DNA from: Candidatus Micrarchaeota archaeon
Lineage (GTDB): Archaea > Micrarchaeota > Micrarchaeia > Micrarchaeales > CABMGC01
Reading direction: 5' to 3'
NCBI GenBank assembly: GCA_021818925.1
Contig: JAKASU010000001.1
Location: 441,568-505,567, forward strand
Length of the DNA stretch: 64,000 bases
Shown here: positions 7,315 through 17,179 of the stretch, in pieces
How positions within the stretch are numbered: the first letter of the stretch is position 1
Layout of the letters: every line of letters begins with the position of its first letter
Notes under the pieces: model-generated
What the model was told of the DNA's origin: nothing
Databases searched by the model: none
The model's input: only the letters and a program-made list of their open reading frames with translations
Position numbers and translations under genes: made by a program

Positions 7315-9978
7315 ATGATAGAATACTACAAGAAGCCGTTCAGCAGAGACGAGAGCCTGGGCTCGCTCAATTTCTACATACGTGACTGGTTCGAGAAGAG
7401 GTACAGGAACCCAACTCCGCCGCAGCTCTACTCATTCAAGCTGATCAGGGAGAAGAGGAACCTGCTCATAACGGCGCCAACGGGCAGCGGCAAGACGTTC
7501 TCCGCATTCATGGCCATACTGAGCGACCTGATGGACATAGCCGAAGCCGGCAAGCTTGAGGACAAGATATACTGCGTCTACATCTCCCCGCTCCGCGCGC
7601 TCAACAACGACATATACAGGAACCTGAACGAGCCGCTTGACGAGATATACAAGAAGCTTGGCGGGAGCGTCAAGCGCATAAGCGTGGCGATACGCACAGG
7701 CGACACGCCGCAGGCTGAGAGGCAGCGAATGCTGCGCAAGCCGCCGAACATACTCGTCACTACGCCGGAGAGCCTGGCGATACTGCTCAACGCGCAGAAG
7801 TTCTCTGAGAACCTTAAGAGCGTCAGGTACGTGGTCATAGACGAGATACACGAGCTTGCGAACAACAAGCGCGGGGTGCACCTCTCGCTCTCACTGGAGA
7901 GGCTGGCTGATCTTGTCGGCTCTGATTTCACGCGCGTGGGACTGGGTGCCACGCTACACCCGCTCGAGACTGCTGCGGGCTTCCTCGTGGGATACGGCGA
8001 CGACGGGAAGGAGAGGGACTGCTACATAATAGATGCGACATGGGACAAGAAGATGGACTACCAGACCATGTGCCCGGTCAGCGACATAGTGAACGCGAGC
8101 GACGACAAGATAGACGAGTCTATCTACAAGACGCTCAACAGCATAATCAAGAAGAACAGGACGACGCTGATATTCACCAACACGAGGAGCGGCACGGAAC
8201 GTGTCGTGTACAACCTAATGAAGCGGTTCAAGTACGGCGAGGAGCACGTGGCGGCGCACCACGGGTCGCTCTCGAGAGAGTCGAGGCTTGACGTGGAGGA
8301 GATGCTGAAGAGGGGCAAGCTCAAGTGCGTGGTTTCGTCGACGAGCCTGGAGCTCGGGATAGACATAGGCAGCATAGACGACGTGGTGCAGCTCGGGTCA
8401 CCGAAGAGCGTGACCAGGGCGATACAGCGGATAGGGAGGAGCGGACACAGGTTCTCCGACGTTGCGAAGGGCGAGATAGTGGCGATAAACCGCGACGACC
8501 TGGTCGAGTGCGCGGTGATGCTCGATTCCGCGAAGAAGCGGAAGCTTGACTCGTTCACAATACCGCGCAACGCGCTTGACGTGCTTGCCCAGCACATAGT
8601 GGGCATGGCGCTCATGAAGAAGTGGAAGATCGATGATGCGTTCGCGCTCGTCAGGAGGGCGTACTCCTACCACGCGCTGGACAAGAAGGACTTCATGATG
8701 CTCATCGAGTACCTGTCGGGAAGCTACGTGGGGCTCGAGAGCAGGCGGGTCTACGCGAAGATCTGGTACGATGCGAACGAGGGCGCGATCGGGAGGAGGG
8801 GCAGGCTTACCAGGCTTATCTACTTCCTCAACATCGGCACCATACCCGACGAGGTCTCGGTCAACGTGTACGGAGAGAAGAACAAGTGGATAGGAAGCAT
8901 ACAGGAGGAGTTCCTGTCGAGGCTGAAGCCGGGAGACATCTTCGTGCTAGGCGGCAGGCTGTACAGGTTCGACCACAGCAGGGAGATGAAGGCTTTCGTT
9001 ACGCGCGCTGATACTAAGATACCGACCATACCGCCGTGGTTCTCCGAGCAGCTTCCGCTCACCTATGAGCTGGCGCTGGAGATAGGAAGATTCAGGCACG
9101 ATCTTGCCGATGCGATAGGCAAGGAGCTGAGAGAGACAAAGGGGATAACGGCGCTGCTGAAGAATAGGAAGTTTACTGGAGGAAAGACGACGCAGGAGAT
9201 GCTTGACGCGATGCCGATGGACAAGAACACGAAGAGTTCGATCATCTCGTACTTCGCAGAGCAGCTGCTCTTCGCCAAGCATGTGCCCAACGACAAGCTC
9301 ATACTAATAGAGAAGACGAATGACGAGAAGGGCGAGCGCAACTACCTAGTCTTCCACAGCCTGTACGGCAGGCGCTTGAATGACGCGCTCTCGCGCCTGT
9401 TCGCGATAGAGGCGAGCGACCTCTTCGAGACCGACGTGGGCATGATGATAAACGACAACGGCTTCGTGCTCGTCACCGATTCGTCGCTGAAGATAAGCAA
9501 GGAGGACATCTCCAGGCTGGTGGCGAACGTAGCGTCAAGCGACGCCACGCGGATAATAAGGGCCAACGTGAGGCGCACGGAGATGATGAAGCGAAGGTTC
9601 AGGCACGCCGCGGTGCGCAGCTTCATGGTGCTCCGCAACTACAAGGGCAGGCAGATAAGCGTGAAGAGGCAGCAGATCAACTCGGAGCTGGTGATGAGAG
9701 CAGCCGAGGAGATAAGCCCCGACTTTCCCGTGCTCAAGGAGACGTACAGGGAGATAATGGAGGACGTGATGGACCTGCCGCGCGCGAAGGAGATACTGAA
9801 GAAGCTAAAGGATGGCGAGATTGCCTATCAGATAATAGAGACGCAGGTCCCTTCGCCGTTCTCACACGTCATGGTAACCTTTGGCGAGGCAGACGTAGTC
9901 ATGATGAAGGACAGGCGTAGGCACCTGCGCGAGCTGCACAAACACGTGATGCAGCAGATAAGCAAGAGGTACGGATGA
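7315..9978 (+). CDS. lhr: Lhr-family DEAD/DEAH-box ATP-dependent helicase
   Basis: Motif I APTGSGKTF, motif II VVIDEIHEL, motif VI QRIGRSGH, plus a long C-terminal Lhr-type extension. 887 aa. Confidence 0.85.
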   Translation: MIEYYKKPFSRDESLGSLNFYIRDWFEKRYRNPTPPQLYSFKLIREKRNLLITAPTGSGKTFSAFMAILSDLMDIAEAGKLEDKIYCVYISPLRALNNDIYRNLNEPLDEIYKKLGGSVKRISVAIRTGDTPQAERQRMLRKPPNILVTTPESLAILLNAQKFSENLKSVRYVVIDEIHELANNKRGVHLSLSLERLADLVGSDFTRVGLGATLHPLETAAGFLVGYGDDGKERDCYIIDATWDKKMDYQTMCPVSDIVNASDDKIDESIYKTLNSIIKKNRTTLIFTNTRSGTERVVYNLMKRFKYGEEHVAAHHGSLSRESRLDVEEMLKRGKLKCVVSSTSLELGIDIGSIDDVVQLGSPKSVTRAIQRIGRSGHRFSDVAKGEIVAINRDDLVECAVMLDSAKKRKLDSFTIPRNALDVLAQHIVGMALMKKWKIDDAFALVRRAYSYHALDKKDFMMLIEYLSGSYVGLESRRVYAKIWYDANEGAIGRRGRLTRLIYFLNIGTIPDEVSVNVYGEKNKWIGSIQEEFLSRLKPGDIFVLGGRLYRFDHSREMKAFVTRADTKIPTIPPWFSEQLPLTYELALEIGRFRHDLADAIGKELRETKGITALLKNRKFTGGKTTQEMLDAMPMDKNTKSSIISYFAEQLLFAKHVPNDKLILIEKTNDEKGERNYLVFHSLYGRRLNDALSRLFAIEASDLFETDVGMMINDNGFVLVTDSSLKISKEDISRLVANVASSDATRIIRANVRRTEMMKRRFRHAAVRSFMVLRNYKGRQISVKRQQINSELVMRAAEEISPDFPVLKETYREIMEDVMDLPRAKEILKKLKDGEIAYQIIETQVPSPFSHVMVTFGEADVVMMKDRRRHLRELHKHVMQQISKRYG

Positions 9979-10724
9979 TGAGGCTTACCGGAGACGTAGA
10001 GCTTGCAGAAGGCCTGCCGCTCCTCTACATAAAATCGCTCGACACAATCGTGTGTTCGGACCTCCATCTCGGATACGAGGGTGTGATGGCCAGCCGCGGG
10101 AGCTTCGTGCCAAAACTCAACTTCAGGAAGATAAAGGAGATGATGATGAAGGCTTCGAAGGCCTTCGGCGCGAAGACCGTGATTGTTGTAGGCGACATAA
10201 AGAACGAATTCGCGGACGTGCATGTGGAGGAGTTCAACGAGTTCCGCGAGTTCATAGGCTTCCTTAGGAAGGAGCTTGGGATAGGAAGAATAATACTCAT
10301 CAAGGGAAATCATGACAACTTCATAGACAGGTTCAGGCAGGCGCTCGGGTTCGAGATATTTGCGCAGGAGACGCTGCTCGGCGACTACCTTTTCTTCCAT
10401 GGTGAGGAACTGCCGAAAGGCAAGGGCGGTAAGACTTTGGTGATGGGCCACCTTCATCCTGCGATAGCGGTGTATAACAAGGTTGGAGTGAAGGAGAAGA
10501 TTAAATGCTTCCTTTACGGGCAGATAGATGACGGAAGAAATATAGTAATCCTGCCTGCCATGAACTATTTTGCAGAAGGTGTGGACGTGAACCAGGAGCA
10601 CCTCGAGAAAATGGCACCGATCTTCGACAGCATGCTCGACGTGGACGAAATGAAGGCGCTCTGCCTGGGCGAGGACGAGATACTCGACTTCGGCAAGGTG
10701 GGAAAGCTCAGGAAATTGCGGTGA
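9975..10724 (+). CDS. Metallophosphoesterase (Lhr-associated MPE/PdeM-like)
   Basis: Calcineurin-like motifs CSDLHLGYE, VVGDIKNEF, IKGNHDN and GHLHP. The start overlaps the lhr stop by 4 nt. Confidence 0.8.
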   Translation: MMRLTGDVELAEGLPLLYIKSLDTIVCSDLHLGYEGVMASRGSFVPKLNFRKIKEMMMKASKAFGAKTVIVVGDIKNEFADVHVEEFNEFREFIGFLRKELGIGRIILIKGNHDNFIDRFRQALGFEIFAQETLLGDYLFFHGEELPKGKGGKTLVMGHLHPAIAVYNKVGVKEKIKCFLYGQIDDGRNIVILPAMNYFAEGVDVNQEHLEKMAPIFDSMLDVDEMKALCLGEDEILDFGKVGKLRKLR

Positions 10725-10725
10725 G

Positions 10726-11607
10726 TTGATGTCGCTCCTTCCAGTAGTGGTAGGACTTGCGGCAGCTGCGCTGTGGGGCTCTTCTGATTATCTCGGTGGG
10801 CTGGCAGCGCGCTCCATGGGCGAGTATGCGGCAAACGCTTATGTCTTTCTTTTCGGAGCCACGACAATCCTAATTGCTGTGTTGCTTACTGGCACAGGTA
10901 CAACCGCGAACGTCACAGAGATGCTCCTTGGGGCCGTCTTCTCGGTCCCGATATTCCTTGGCGCACTCTTTACCTATAAAGCTTTCAGAATCGGGGAGTT
11001 CGCAGTAAACGCGCCGATAGTAGATGCCTATCCTATAGTCATAGTCCTAGGTTTCGTATTTATACTGGGCCACCCGCTTTCAAACCTGGAAATGGTCGGA
11101 GTTGCGATGACTGTTCTTGGTGTAATCTTGATAGCCACGAGATTCAGCAGGCTTAAGCTCAGGAAGAAGTTTCTTGCTGCGGGGGTGGGAAGCGCTGCCG
11201 CTTCGATGATACTTGTAGGCGCGATACCAAGCATCTTTGCAGCGGTATATGCAAGCATCATCGGCTTCCTATTGCTGAGCCTAATGTGGCGAGGGTTGCC
11301 GGCACTCATTGCGTTCGTCGCGGGATATGCAACAGGACAGAATCTGCACGTTCCCAGCAGGAATGTGCTTTCACTTGTGGTTGTTGCAGGCATAATGGAC
11401 GGGCTTGCGCTGTCAGTCTACCTTTACGGCATATTCGCCAACTCGCTTGCGCTGCCAGTGATTGCTACGCTATCAGGATTGACCGGTGCTGTGACCGTGG
11501 CATACGGACTCGTGCTGTCAAGGGAGAGGCCGGAGGCAAACCAGTGGATCGGAATCGCGCTTGCGATAACAGGCACAGCAATATTATCCTATCTCTCCTC
11601 ATTGTAA
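10726..11607 (+). CDS. EamA/DMT-family permease
   Basis: About 10 predicted hydrophobic helices in two similar halves. 293 aa. Confidence 0.75.
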   Translation: MMSLLPVVVGLAAAALWGSSDYLGGLAARSMGEYAANAYVFLFGATTILIAVLLTGTGTTANVTEMLLGAVFSVPIFLGALFTYKAFRIGEFAVNAPIVDAYPIVIVLGFVFILGHPLSNLEMVGVAMTVLGVILIATRFSRLKLRKKFLAAGVGSAAASMILVGAIPSIFAAVYASIIGFLLLSLMWRGLPALIAFVAGYATGQNLHVPSRNVLSLVVVAGIMDGLALSVYLYGIFANSLALPVIATLSGLTGAVTVAYGLVLSRERPEANQWIGIALAITGTAILSYLSSL

Positions 11608-11611
11608 TCGA

Positions 11612-12028
11612 ATGACACTCTACATATACACAGACGGCGCCTCACGTGGCAATCCGGGAGAGAGTGCCTCTGGCTATGTGATAATGGACACCCGGCACAC
11701 GACGCTCTATAGGCACGTGTTCTACAACGGCAGGTGCACAAACAACGTGGCTGAGTACAAGGCGATAATCGCCGCGCTGAAGAAGGCGCTTGGTATGGGC
11801 AGGGACGGGACCGAGCTGGTGCTCGCCTCTGACAGCAGGCTGGTCATAAACCAGCTGGCCGGAAAGTACAAGGTGAAAGACAAAGAGTTGAAGAAGCTGA
11901 ACACCGCGGCGAGGTCGCTGCTCAAGAAGTTCGAGAAATACGAGCTGCTGAACGTTCCAAGGGAGAATAGATACGTGAGCGAAGTTGACGCGGAGCTGAA
12001 CACCTTCTTAGATGGTAAAACGAACTAG
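11612..12028 (+). CDS. rnhA: Ribonuclease HI
   Basis: YTDGASRGNPGESASGYV, NNVAEYKAIIAAL and DSRLVINQL motifs. Confidence 0.85.
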   Translation: MTLYIYTDGASRGNPGESASGYVIMDTRHTTLYRHVFYNGRCTNNVAEYKAIIAALKKALGMGRDGTELVLASDSRLVINQLAGKYKVKDKELKKLNTAARSLLKKFEKYELLNVPRENRYVSEVDAELNTFLDGKTN

Positions 12029-12155
12029 TAACAATGCTTAAAAAGCAAGAAACCTCATTGATTTACGTGATGATCTGTCATGGATAATTAAGCATGGTGA
12101 AAGAAGAGAGTTCGCAAAAGGAGCTATATTTAGCATCAATTACATAGGACCTGAT

Positions 12156-12518
12156 TTGGATCTGCCTGTAAGACTGAACAAAGATGAGATGGGTCTCTTG
12201 ATCAAGGAAGCTAGAGATCTGGGGCTCGCTGCAAAATACCGTGGATCTAAAGGCTACACAGTTTGGGTTTCGAAGAAAGGGTTTTTGGGAACTTTCAGAG
12301 GATGCGCAGATATAGATCAATGGCCCGACACTGACTCGCTGAGCATTTCTCCAGGCATATCTGATGTGAAAGGCCACCTAGAAGTCGTCGATACGTTGCT
12401 AAGGCGTACGATTCTTGGAAGAAAAGTAATGGAGCTATGGATGTCTCGAAACGGGATTGGGTATGACGAGGCAAAAACATTGCTTGAGGAAATAACTCCG
12501 CTTGCTAGAAACTCCTGA
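12156..12518 (+). CDS. Hypothetical protein (lower-GC segment)
   Basis: 120-aa ORF with a TTG start (alternative ATG 12186). No recognisable motif. Confidence 0.35.
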   Translation: MDLPVRLNKDEMGLLIKEARDLGLAAKYRGSKGYTVWVSKKGFLGTFRGCADIDQWPDTDSLSISPGISDVKGHLEVVDTLLRRTILGRKVMELWMSRNGIGYDEAKTLLEEITPLARNS

Positions 12519-12577
12519 TGCACAGTCTCGGCAGATATTATAAATATGCCGAAAATCAATACTAAGAGCGTAAAGTA

Positions 12578-14062
12578 GTGAAAATCATGGCAAGTGGCAA
12601 GGGCAAATCACCGGTCAACACACCTCCGCCTGAGGCGAAGGAGGTCTATGATCAGGCGGGCAAGCTCTTCGAGGAGAACAAGTTCGACGAAGCGATAGCG
12701 CTGTATTCACAGGCGATAGACAAGTATCCGGAGTACTCAAGCGCCTACTTCAACCGCGCGCTATCTTACGCGCTCCAAAGCCAGTATGAGAAGGCTACAA
12801 ACGACGCGATGAAGGTCATGGACCTCGAGCCGAACGCGCCCGACGCCCCATACGTGATGGGCGTCATAAGCGAGTACCAGAACGACCTCCCGGGCGCGCA
12901 GGAATGGTACGAGAAGTCGCTGAAGAACAATCCCAATTACACTCAGGCGAAGGACAGGCTGAAGATGCTGAAGGAGAAGATGAAGGGCGAGAAGCCCGGA
13001 GGCAGGCTGAAGACGGCGGAGGGCGCCGATGGCACGCAGACCGTTGTTGAGGAGGGCCAGATAAAGAAGGTGGCGTGGTTCACCTCAGACATGACATTCA
13101 AGGACGTCATAGGGATGGAGAAGCAGAAGCAGATAATACACGACAACATAGTGCTCGCGATAACGAAGCCCGAGCTCTTGAGGGCGTACGGAAAGAAGCT
13201 GGGCCTCGGTGCCATATTCTACGGCCCCCCTGGAACCGGAAAGACGTATCTGGTGAGGGCCATATCAGGGGAGACCAAGGCCAAGTTCATAATAATGCAC
13301 ATAAACGAGATCGTGGACATGTACGCAGGCAACACGGAGAAGAACCTGCACGCGATATTCGAGCAGGCGAGGAAGAACGCGCCGTGCATAGTCTTCGCCG
13401 ACGAGATCGACGCGCTCGGAAGCAAGAGGGAGGGCGAGCAGCAGGGCAACATGCGAATGGCCGTGAACCAGTTCCTGCAGGAGCTGGACGGTGTGGAGAA
13501 GAACCCTGAGGGCATATTCGTGATAGGGGCCACGAACCAGCCGTGGGACATGGACCCCGCACTGAAGCGACCCGGAAGGTTCGGAGAGTCGATATACCTG
13601 CCGGCGCCGAAGTACAGGGACAGGAGGGACATGTTCCGGTACAACACGAGGAAGATGCCGCTCTCGAAGTTCATAAGCTTCGGAAGGCTCGCCAGGGCCA
13701 CGTGGGGCTTCTCCGGAGCAGATATATTCGACATCTGCGACAAGGCTGCGCTGAAGGTCGCGGCCGAGGAGGACAGGACCGGTAGGAAGAGGACTATAGG
13801 CATGAAGGACTTCATGGCCATAATCAAGGCTTCGGGCAGCTCGCTCGACGAGTGGTACGGGATGGTGAAGAAGGACGTGATAAGCAAGACCGAGACTCAG
13901 ATAGTTGAAGGGAAGAAGCAGGAGATAGTCAAGGAAGGCAGGCTGAGCCCGGAGGAGAAGCAGAAGTACAAGCCGATGATAAAGGACATAAAGAAGAACC
14001 TGAACCCGGTGAACGTGTTCGTCAAGAAGTTCATGAGGTTCTGGGCGATCTACCTGTTCTGA
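12578..14062 (+). CDS. AAA+ ATPase with N-terminal TPR repeats and hydrophobic C-terminal tail
   Basis: Three TPR-like repeats (aa about 20-125). Walker A GPPGTGKT, Walker B IVFADEIDAL, second region of homology ATNQPWDMDPALKRPGRF, and tail FMRFWAIYLF. Confidence 0.85.
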   Translation: MKIMASGKGKSPVNTPPPEAKEVYDQAGKLFEENKFDEAIALYSQAIDKYPEYSSAYFNRALSYALQSQYEKATNDAMKVMDLEPNAPDAPYVMGVISEYQNDLPGAQEWYEKSLKNNPNYTQAKDRLKMLKEKMKGEKPGGRLKTAEGADGTQTVVEEGQIKKVAWFTSDMTFKDVIGMEKQKQIIHDNIVLAITKPELLRAYGKKLGLGAIFYGPPGTGKTYLVRAISGETKAKFIIMHINEIVDMYAGNTEKNLHAIFEQARKNAPCIVFADEIDALGSKREGEQQGNMRMAVNQFLQELDGVEKNPEGIFVIGATNQPWDMDPALKRPGRFGESIYLPAPKYRDRRDMFRYNTRKMPLSKFISFGRLARATWGFSGADIFDICDKAALKVAAEEDRTGRKRTIGMKDFMAIIKASGSSLDEWYGMVKKDVISKTETQIVEGKKQEIVKEGRLSPEEKQKYKPMIKDIKKNLNPVNVFVKKFMRFWAIYLF

Positions 14063-14076
14063 AGCAGAATGCTAGC

Positions 14077-14406
14077 CTAATCTTCGTTCTCTTCGCCTTC
14101 GGTTTCCTGCGCCGCAAGCTCAACGTCTACGATCGCCTCCATCACGCCCCTGCGCGATTCCTCGAGCACCTCTCTCTTGACAGACTCCGGGATCTGCTGG
14201 TCCCTTACCCTTACCAGAAACATCAGGTGCTTTATGGCCGTTATATCGGCGAGCTCGGAGTCATATTTTGAAAGGTCGGGCTCATTCTCCTGCAAGTTAA
14301 CCGCAGCTAGCGCGGTGTAGAGCGTGGTCTCGTACGCTCTGTCGTGGGCTTCCTTCTTCAAGAGCTTCGCGTCGCCTTCAGCGAACTTATCGGGTGTTTT
14401 TTGCAT
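14077..14406 (-). CDS. Hypothetical acidic protein
   Basis: Track ORF 14077..14502 was shortened to ATG 14406 (MQKTPDKF...) because its upstream part overlaps a better small ORF. Confidence 0.45.
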   Translation of the reverse strand: MQKTPDKFAEGDAKLLKKEAHDRAYETTLYTALAAVNLQENEPDLSKYDSELADITAIKHLMFLVRVRDQQIPESVKREVLEESRRGVMEAIVDVELAAQETEGEENED

Positions 14407-14498
14407 CCCAATCCTGAGCAGCTCTTCAGGCCGTAAATAAAAAGGTTTTGTGCAGCGTAAGTCAGACGCAGTGCACCGTTGCCATCTTACAGCAGGGA

Positions 14499-14651
14499 TC
14501 ATTTGGGTCGCAGGGGCACATTCCTGTCAAAAAATAGTCTCCATCCGGTGCCCATCTTGTTTATGCAATCGATGCATATCCCCTCCAGCACCTCCTCCTC
14601 GGAGGTGAGTTTCGCAGGGCAGAAAATGCACGTGAGCTCGCTTTCAGCCAT
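14499..14651 (-). CDS. Small zinc-ribbon protein (50 aa), not in the ORF track
   Basis: Hand translation: MAESELTCIFCPAKLTSEEEVLEGICIDCINKMGTGWRLFFDRNVPLRPK*, with CxxC...CxxC. Confidence 0.4.
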   Translation of the reverse strand: MAESELTCIFCPAKLTSEEEVLEGICIDCINKMGTGWRLFFDRNVPLRPK

Positions 14652-14754
14652 CTTGAACGGCATGCGACCAATGAGGTTGCAGATTCCGCGTTTATATTCT
14701 TTGGCTTAGATTCCAGAGAATGCTAACGCCGGGAGTCTGGCGCCAAACGCAATG

Positions 14755-15219
14755 TTAAAGCTTTTTAGTCAACAGTATTTTGGTTTCGTGGGGTCTGATA
14801 TTCATGCTACTTCTTCTAAATCCAAAGTTCTCATAGAACGCAGCCGCCCGCTCTTCCGATGTCCATACAAAGATCATGCGGTGTTTGCGCTTCCGAGCTT
14901 CGTTTATGCACCATTTTACCGCCTTCGTTCCTAAACCCATGTGCTGGTACTCGGGGGCAATGGCAAGCCAGTCAATTCCAATGGCGTTGGTAGGATGTGT
15001 ATCAAAGCGGTACAGGCCAAATATCCCAACCTGCTTGTTCTTACAGATTATGATCTTCATATCGGCAAGCACGTACGGCCGCCTATCGTGTCCCAAGATC
15101 AATGAAAAAGAGCGATTGGCTTTCTTCGCCCATCTGGCGCCCAGGGTTCTCCTAATAATCAGTAAGGAGGCGGCTTTGTCCTTTGCCGTAAGCTTTCTTA
15201 CCGAAACCCTTAATTTCAC
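14755..15219 (-). CDS. GNAT-family N-acetyltransferase
   Basis: Acetyl-CoA binding core LAIAPEYQHMGLGTKAV and FYENFGF. Confidence 0.8.
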   Translation of the reverse strand: MKLRVSVRKLTAKDKAASLLIIRRTLGARWAKKANRSFSLILGHDRRPYVLADMKIIICKNKQVGIFGLYRFDTHPTNAIGIDWLAIAPEYQHMGLGTKAVKWCINEARKRKHRMIFVWTSEERAAAFYENFGFRRSSMNIRPHETKILLTKKL

Positions 15220-15270
15220 TCGATCAGAGCAGGCTTCTCGATAAGCCTAACTAAAATGCACGTTATTGAA

Positions 15271-15342
15271 GGCCTATGCCGGGAGTCGGACCCGGTCCTT
15301 AGGATCCACAGTCCTATATGCAGCCGTTACACCACAAAGGCC
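15271..15342 (-). tRNA. tRNA-His (GTG) with encoded G-1
   Basis: Hand fold: G-1 plus acceptor GCCTTTG/CATAGGC (one T-T mismatch) and discriminator C. Anticodon arm TAGGA-CTGTGGA-TCCTA. T arm CCGGG-TCCGACT-CCCGG. The D stem is weak and the T-loop is atypical (TCC). Confidence 0.6.
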
Positions 15343-15399
15343 ATGCTCTTTTTATATGCAAAACTCAGTATTTATAGATAAGCGTAGTAAACAAGGCAT

Positions 15400-15522
15400 G
15401 GCGGGGTAGCTCAGCCTGGTTAGAGCGCTAGACTCATATGCCAAGCATTATGAGTGGCGAGCACTTGTTGCGATGAGCGCTAAGAAATCTAGAGGTCGAG
15501 GGTTCGAATCACTCCCCCGCCA
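15400..15522 (+). tRNA. tRNA-Met/Ile2 (CAT anticodon) with a 48-nt intron after position 37
   Basis: Acceptor GGCGGGG/CCCCGCC, D arm GCTC-AGCCTGGTTA-GAGC, and anticodon stem CTAGA/TCTAG with CAT at 15435-15437. Intron at 15439-15486; its TATGAGT pairs with exon ACTCATA. T arm GAGGG-TTCGAAT-CACTC (one mismatch). CCA is not encoded. Confidence 0.8.
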
Positions 15523-15570
15523 AAACAGTAATATTGTAGTGATTTAAGCTTTAGGCGTACAAAGCATGAT

Positions 15571-16344
15571 ATGAGATTAGTATCGCTTAATTTATGGGGA
15601 GGAAGGGCGTATAATAAGTTAACCGAGTTTGTTGAAAGCGAAAAATTGCGCACCGATATATTTTGCTTTCAGGAGGTCCTTGACCTAAAGACCGGAGACA
15701 TAGACCCGGAGGTAAAAGCCGCAATCGAGGAATATCAAAAAAGCGGACGCAAACAAGAACTTAACTTATATTCAAGTCTAAGAGACCTGCTGACTGGTTT
15801 TGAAAGCTTCTTGTCTGAGCCTTATTCTCAAGGAGCAGAGAGGCTGGCAATTTTTGCCAGGAAAGAGTTAAAGGCACAAGTAGAAGTTCTTAAAGTACAC
15901 AGAAAAATTGATGTGATTCTTCATGATAAGCCATTTTGGGTCAGTTGCATAATGCAGCACGCCCAAATTAAAAGAGGCACGCTGTCTTACGACATAGCTC
16001 AGTTACACGGCCTTTGGCAAGGTGGAGGGAAAGCGGATACGCCTGAGAGATTAGAACAGTCTAAAACAATTAACAAACTGATGTCGAAGTTCGGTGAGAG
16101 GAAAGTACTTTGCGGTGACTTTAACCTTGATATAAACACAGAAAGCGTAAGAATGCTTGAAGACTCAATGACTGATTTGATTAGGACACACCGCATAACC
16201 ACAACACGAAGCACTCTAGCTCCTGCCAGGAAAGGAAAAATCGCTGATTATGTCTTTGTCTCTGATAAAATCAAGGTAAATGACTTTGAATTACCAGAAA
16301 CAGAAGCTTCAGACCATCTGCCTTTGTGTTTAGACTTCGAGTAG
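15571..16344 (+). CDS. Endonuclease/exonuclease/phosphatase (EEP) family protein
   Basis: SLNLWGG, FCFQEV, CGDFNL and EASDHLPL motifs. The DNA is AT-rich. Confidence 0.8.
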   Translation: MRLVSLNLWGGRAYNKLTEFVESEKLRTDIFCFQEVLDLKTGDIDPEVKAAIEEYQKSGRKQELNLYSSLRDLLTGFESFLSEPYSQGAERLAIFARKELKAQVEVLKVHRKIDVILHDKPFWVSCIMQHAQIKRGTLSYDIAQLHGLWQGGGKADTPERLEQSKTINKLMSKFGERKVLCGDFNLDINTESVRMLEDSMTDLIRTHRITTTRSTLAPARKGKIADYVFVSDKIKVNDFELPETEASDHLPLCLDFE

Positions 16345-16477
16345 AGCATGCTGGTTGCAGGCTTAGGACCCTGACGCCCACGGCCCTCCCCCGCCAAACC
16401 GACGACAAATCAACGACAGAATTGAGTAGCTTCGGGTAGCCCTTCGTTTCTTATACCTTAATCTCAACAATGTCAAT

Positions 16478-17179
16478 ATGGTGAGCGTTGATTTTAGGTT
16501 CAACTTAAAGGGCGATATAGACAACTGGTGGGACGCCTGCAATTCATCATTTATGGGAAATGATTGGAAAATGTGGATACGCCCAGACTTGAGAGAAAAA
16601 ATTGTGGGAGTTAGGAAGGACAAGGCTGAGCGCTTCCTGAGACCTTACCTTGAGGGAGTGTATAAACGCGAAGGAAAACATGTTCTGAAGATGATTGGCG
16701 TTTCTAAACGCTACTGGGATGAGAATGAGACTGAGATTTATAGCAGATTGAGTAAGATAACAAAGAAACCCATATGGCCGCCGATCATTCATTGTTATTA
16801 TACAACATTTCCGAGATGCCCTTATGGCTTCAAGAAGAATGAAGGCTGGTTATACATCAACAAAAAATTTGCCAAAAATAAGAAAGAATATGCAGGAACG
16901 GTTCTCCACGAGCTCATGCACTTCCAGTTTCATAAGTATTTCTGGGGCTACTGCAAAAAGCATGGTCTAAGTGATGCACAAATAAATCACTTGAAAGAAG
17001 CTTTTACGTTTTTGATAAATGAAGAGTTCTCTGATATTGTTTCCAGAGACAACGGTTATCGCATTCATAAGATGTTGAGGAAAGATTTGAGCAAAATTTG
17101 GAAAAAAAGCAATAACTTCAGAATTACTTTGGATGGTGGAATATTACTGATGAAAAGAAAATACCACAATCTCGATTAG
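16478..17179 (+). CDS. Hypothetical protein with HExxH metalloprotease-like motif
   Basis: VLHELMHFQFH in a 233-aa Lys/Trp-rich ORF. AT-rich DNA. Confidence 0.55.
   Translation: MVSVDFRFNLKGDIDNWWDACNSSFMGNDWKMWIRPDLREKIVGVRKDKAERFLRPYLEGVYKREGKHVLKMIGVSKRYWDENETEIYSRLSKITKKPIWPPIIHCYYTTFPRCPYGFKKNEGWLYINKKFAKNKKEYAGTVLHELMHFQFHKYFWGYCKKHGLSDAQINHLKEAFTFLINEEFSDIVSRDNGYRIHKMLRKDLSKIWKKSNNFRITLDGGILLMKRKYHNLD

Noticed and set aside
12068-12152. Possible C/D-box sRNA (GTGATGA at 12068, CTGA at about 12149). A second ATGATGA occurs at 37004.
   Set aside because: Box spacing of about 80 nt is too long. No C'/D' boxes lie at the expected 12-nt guide spacing. No terminal stem is present. The second site has no D box.
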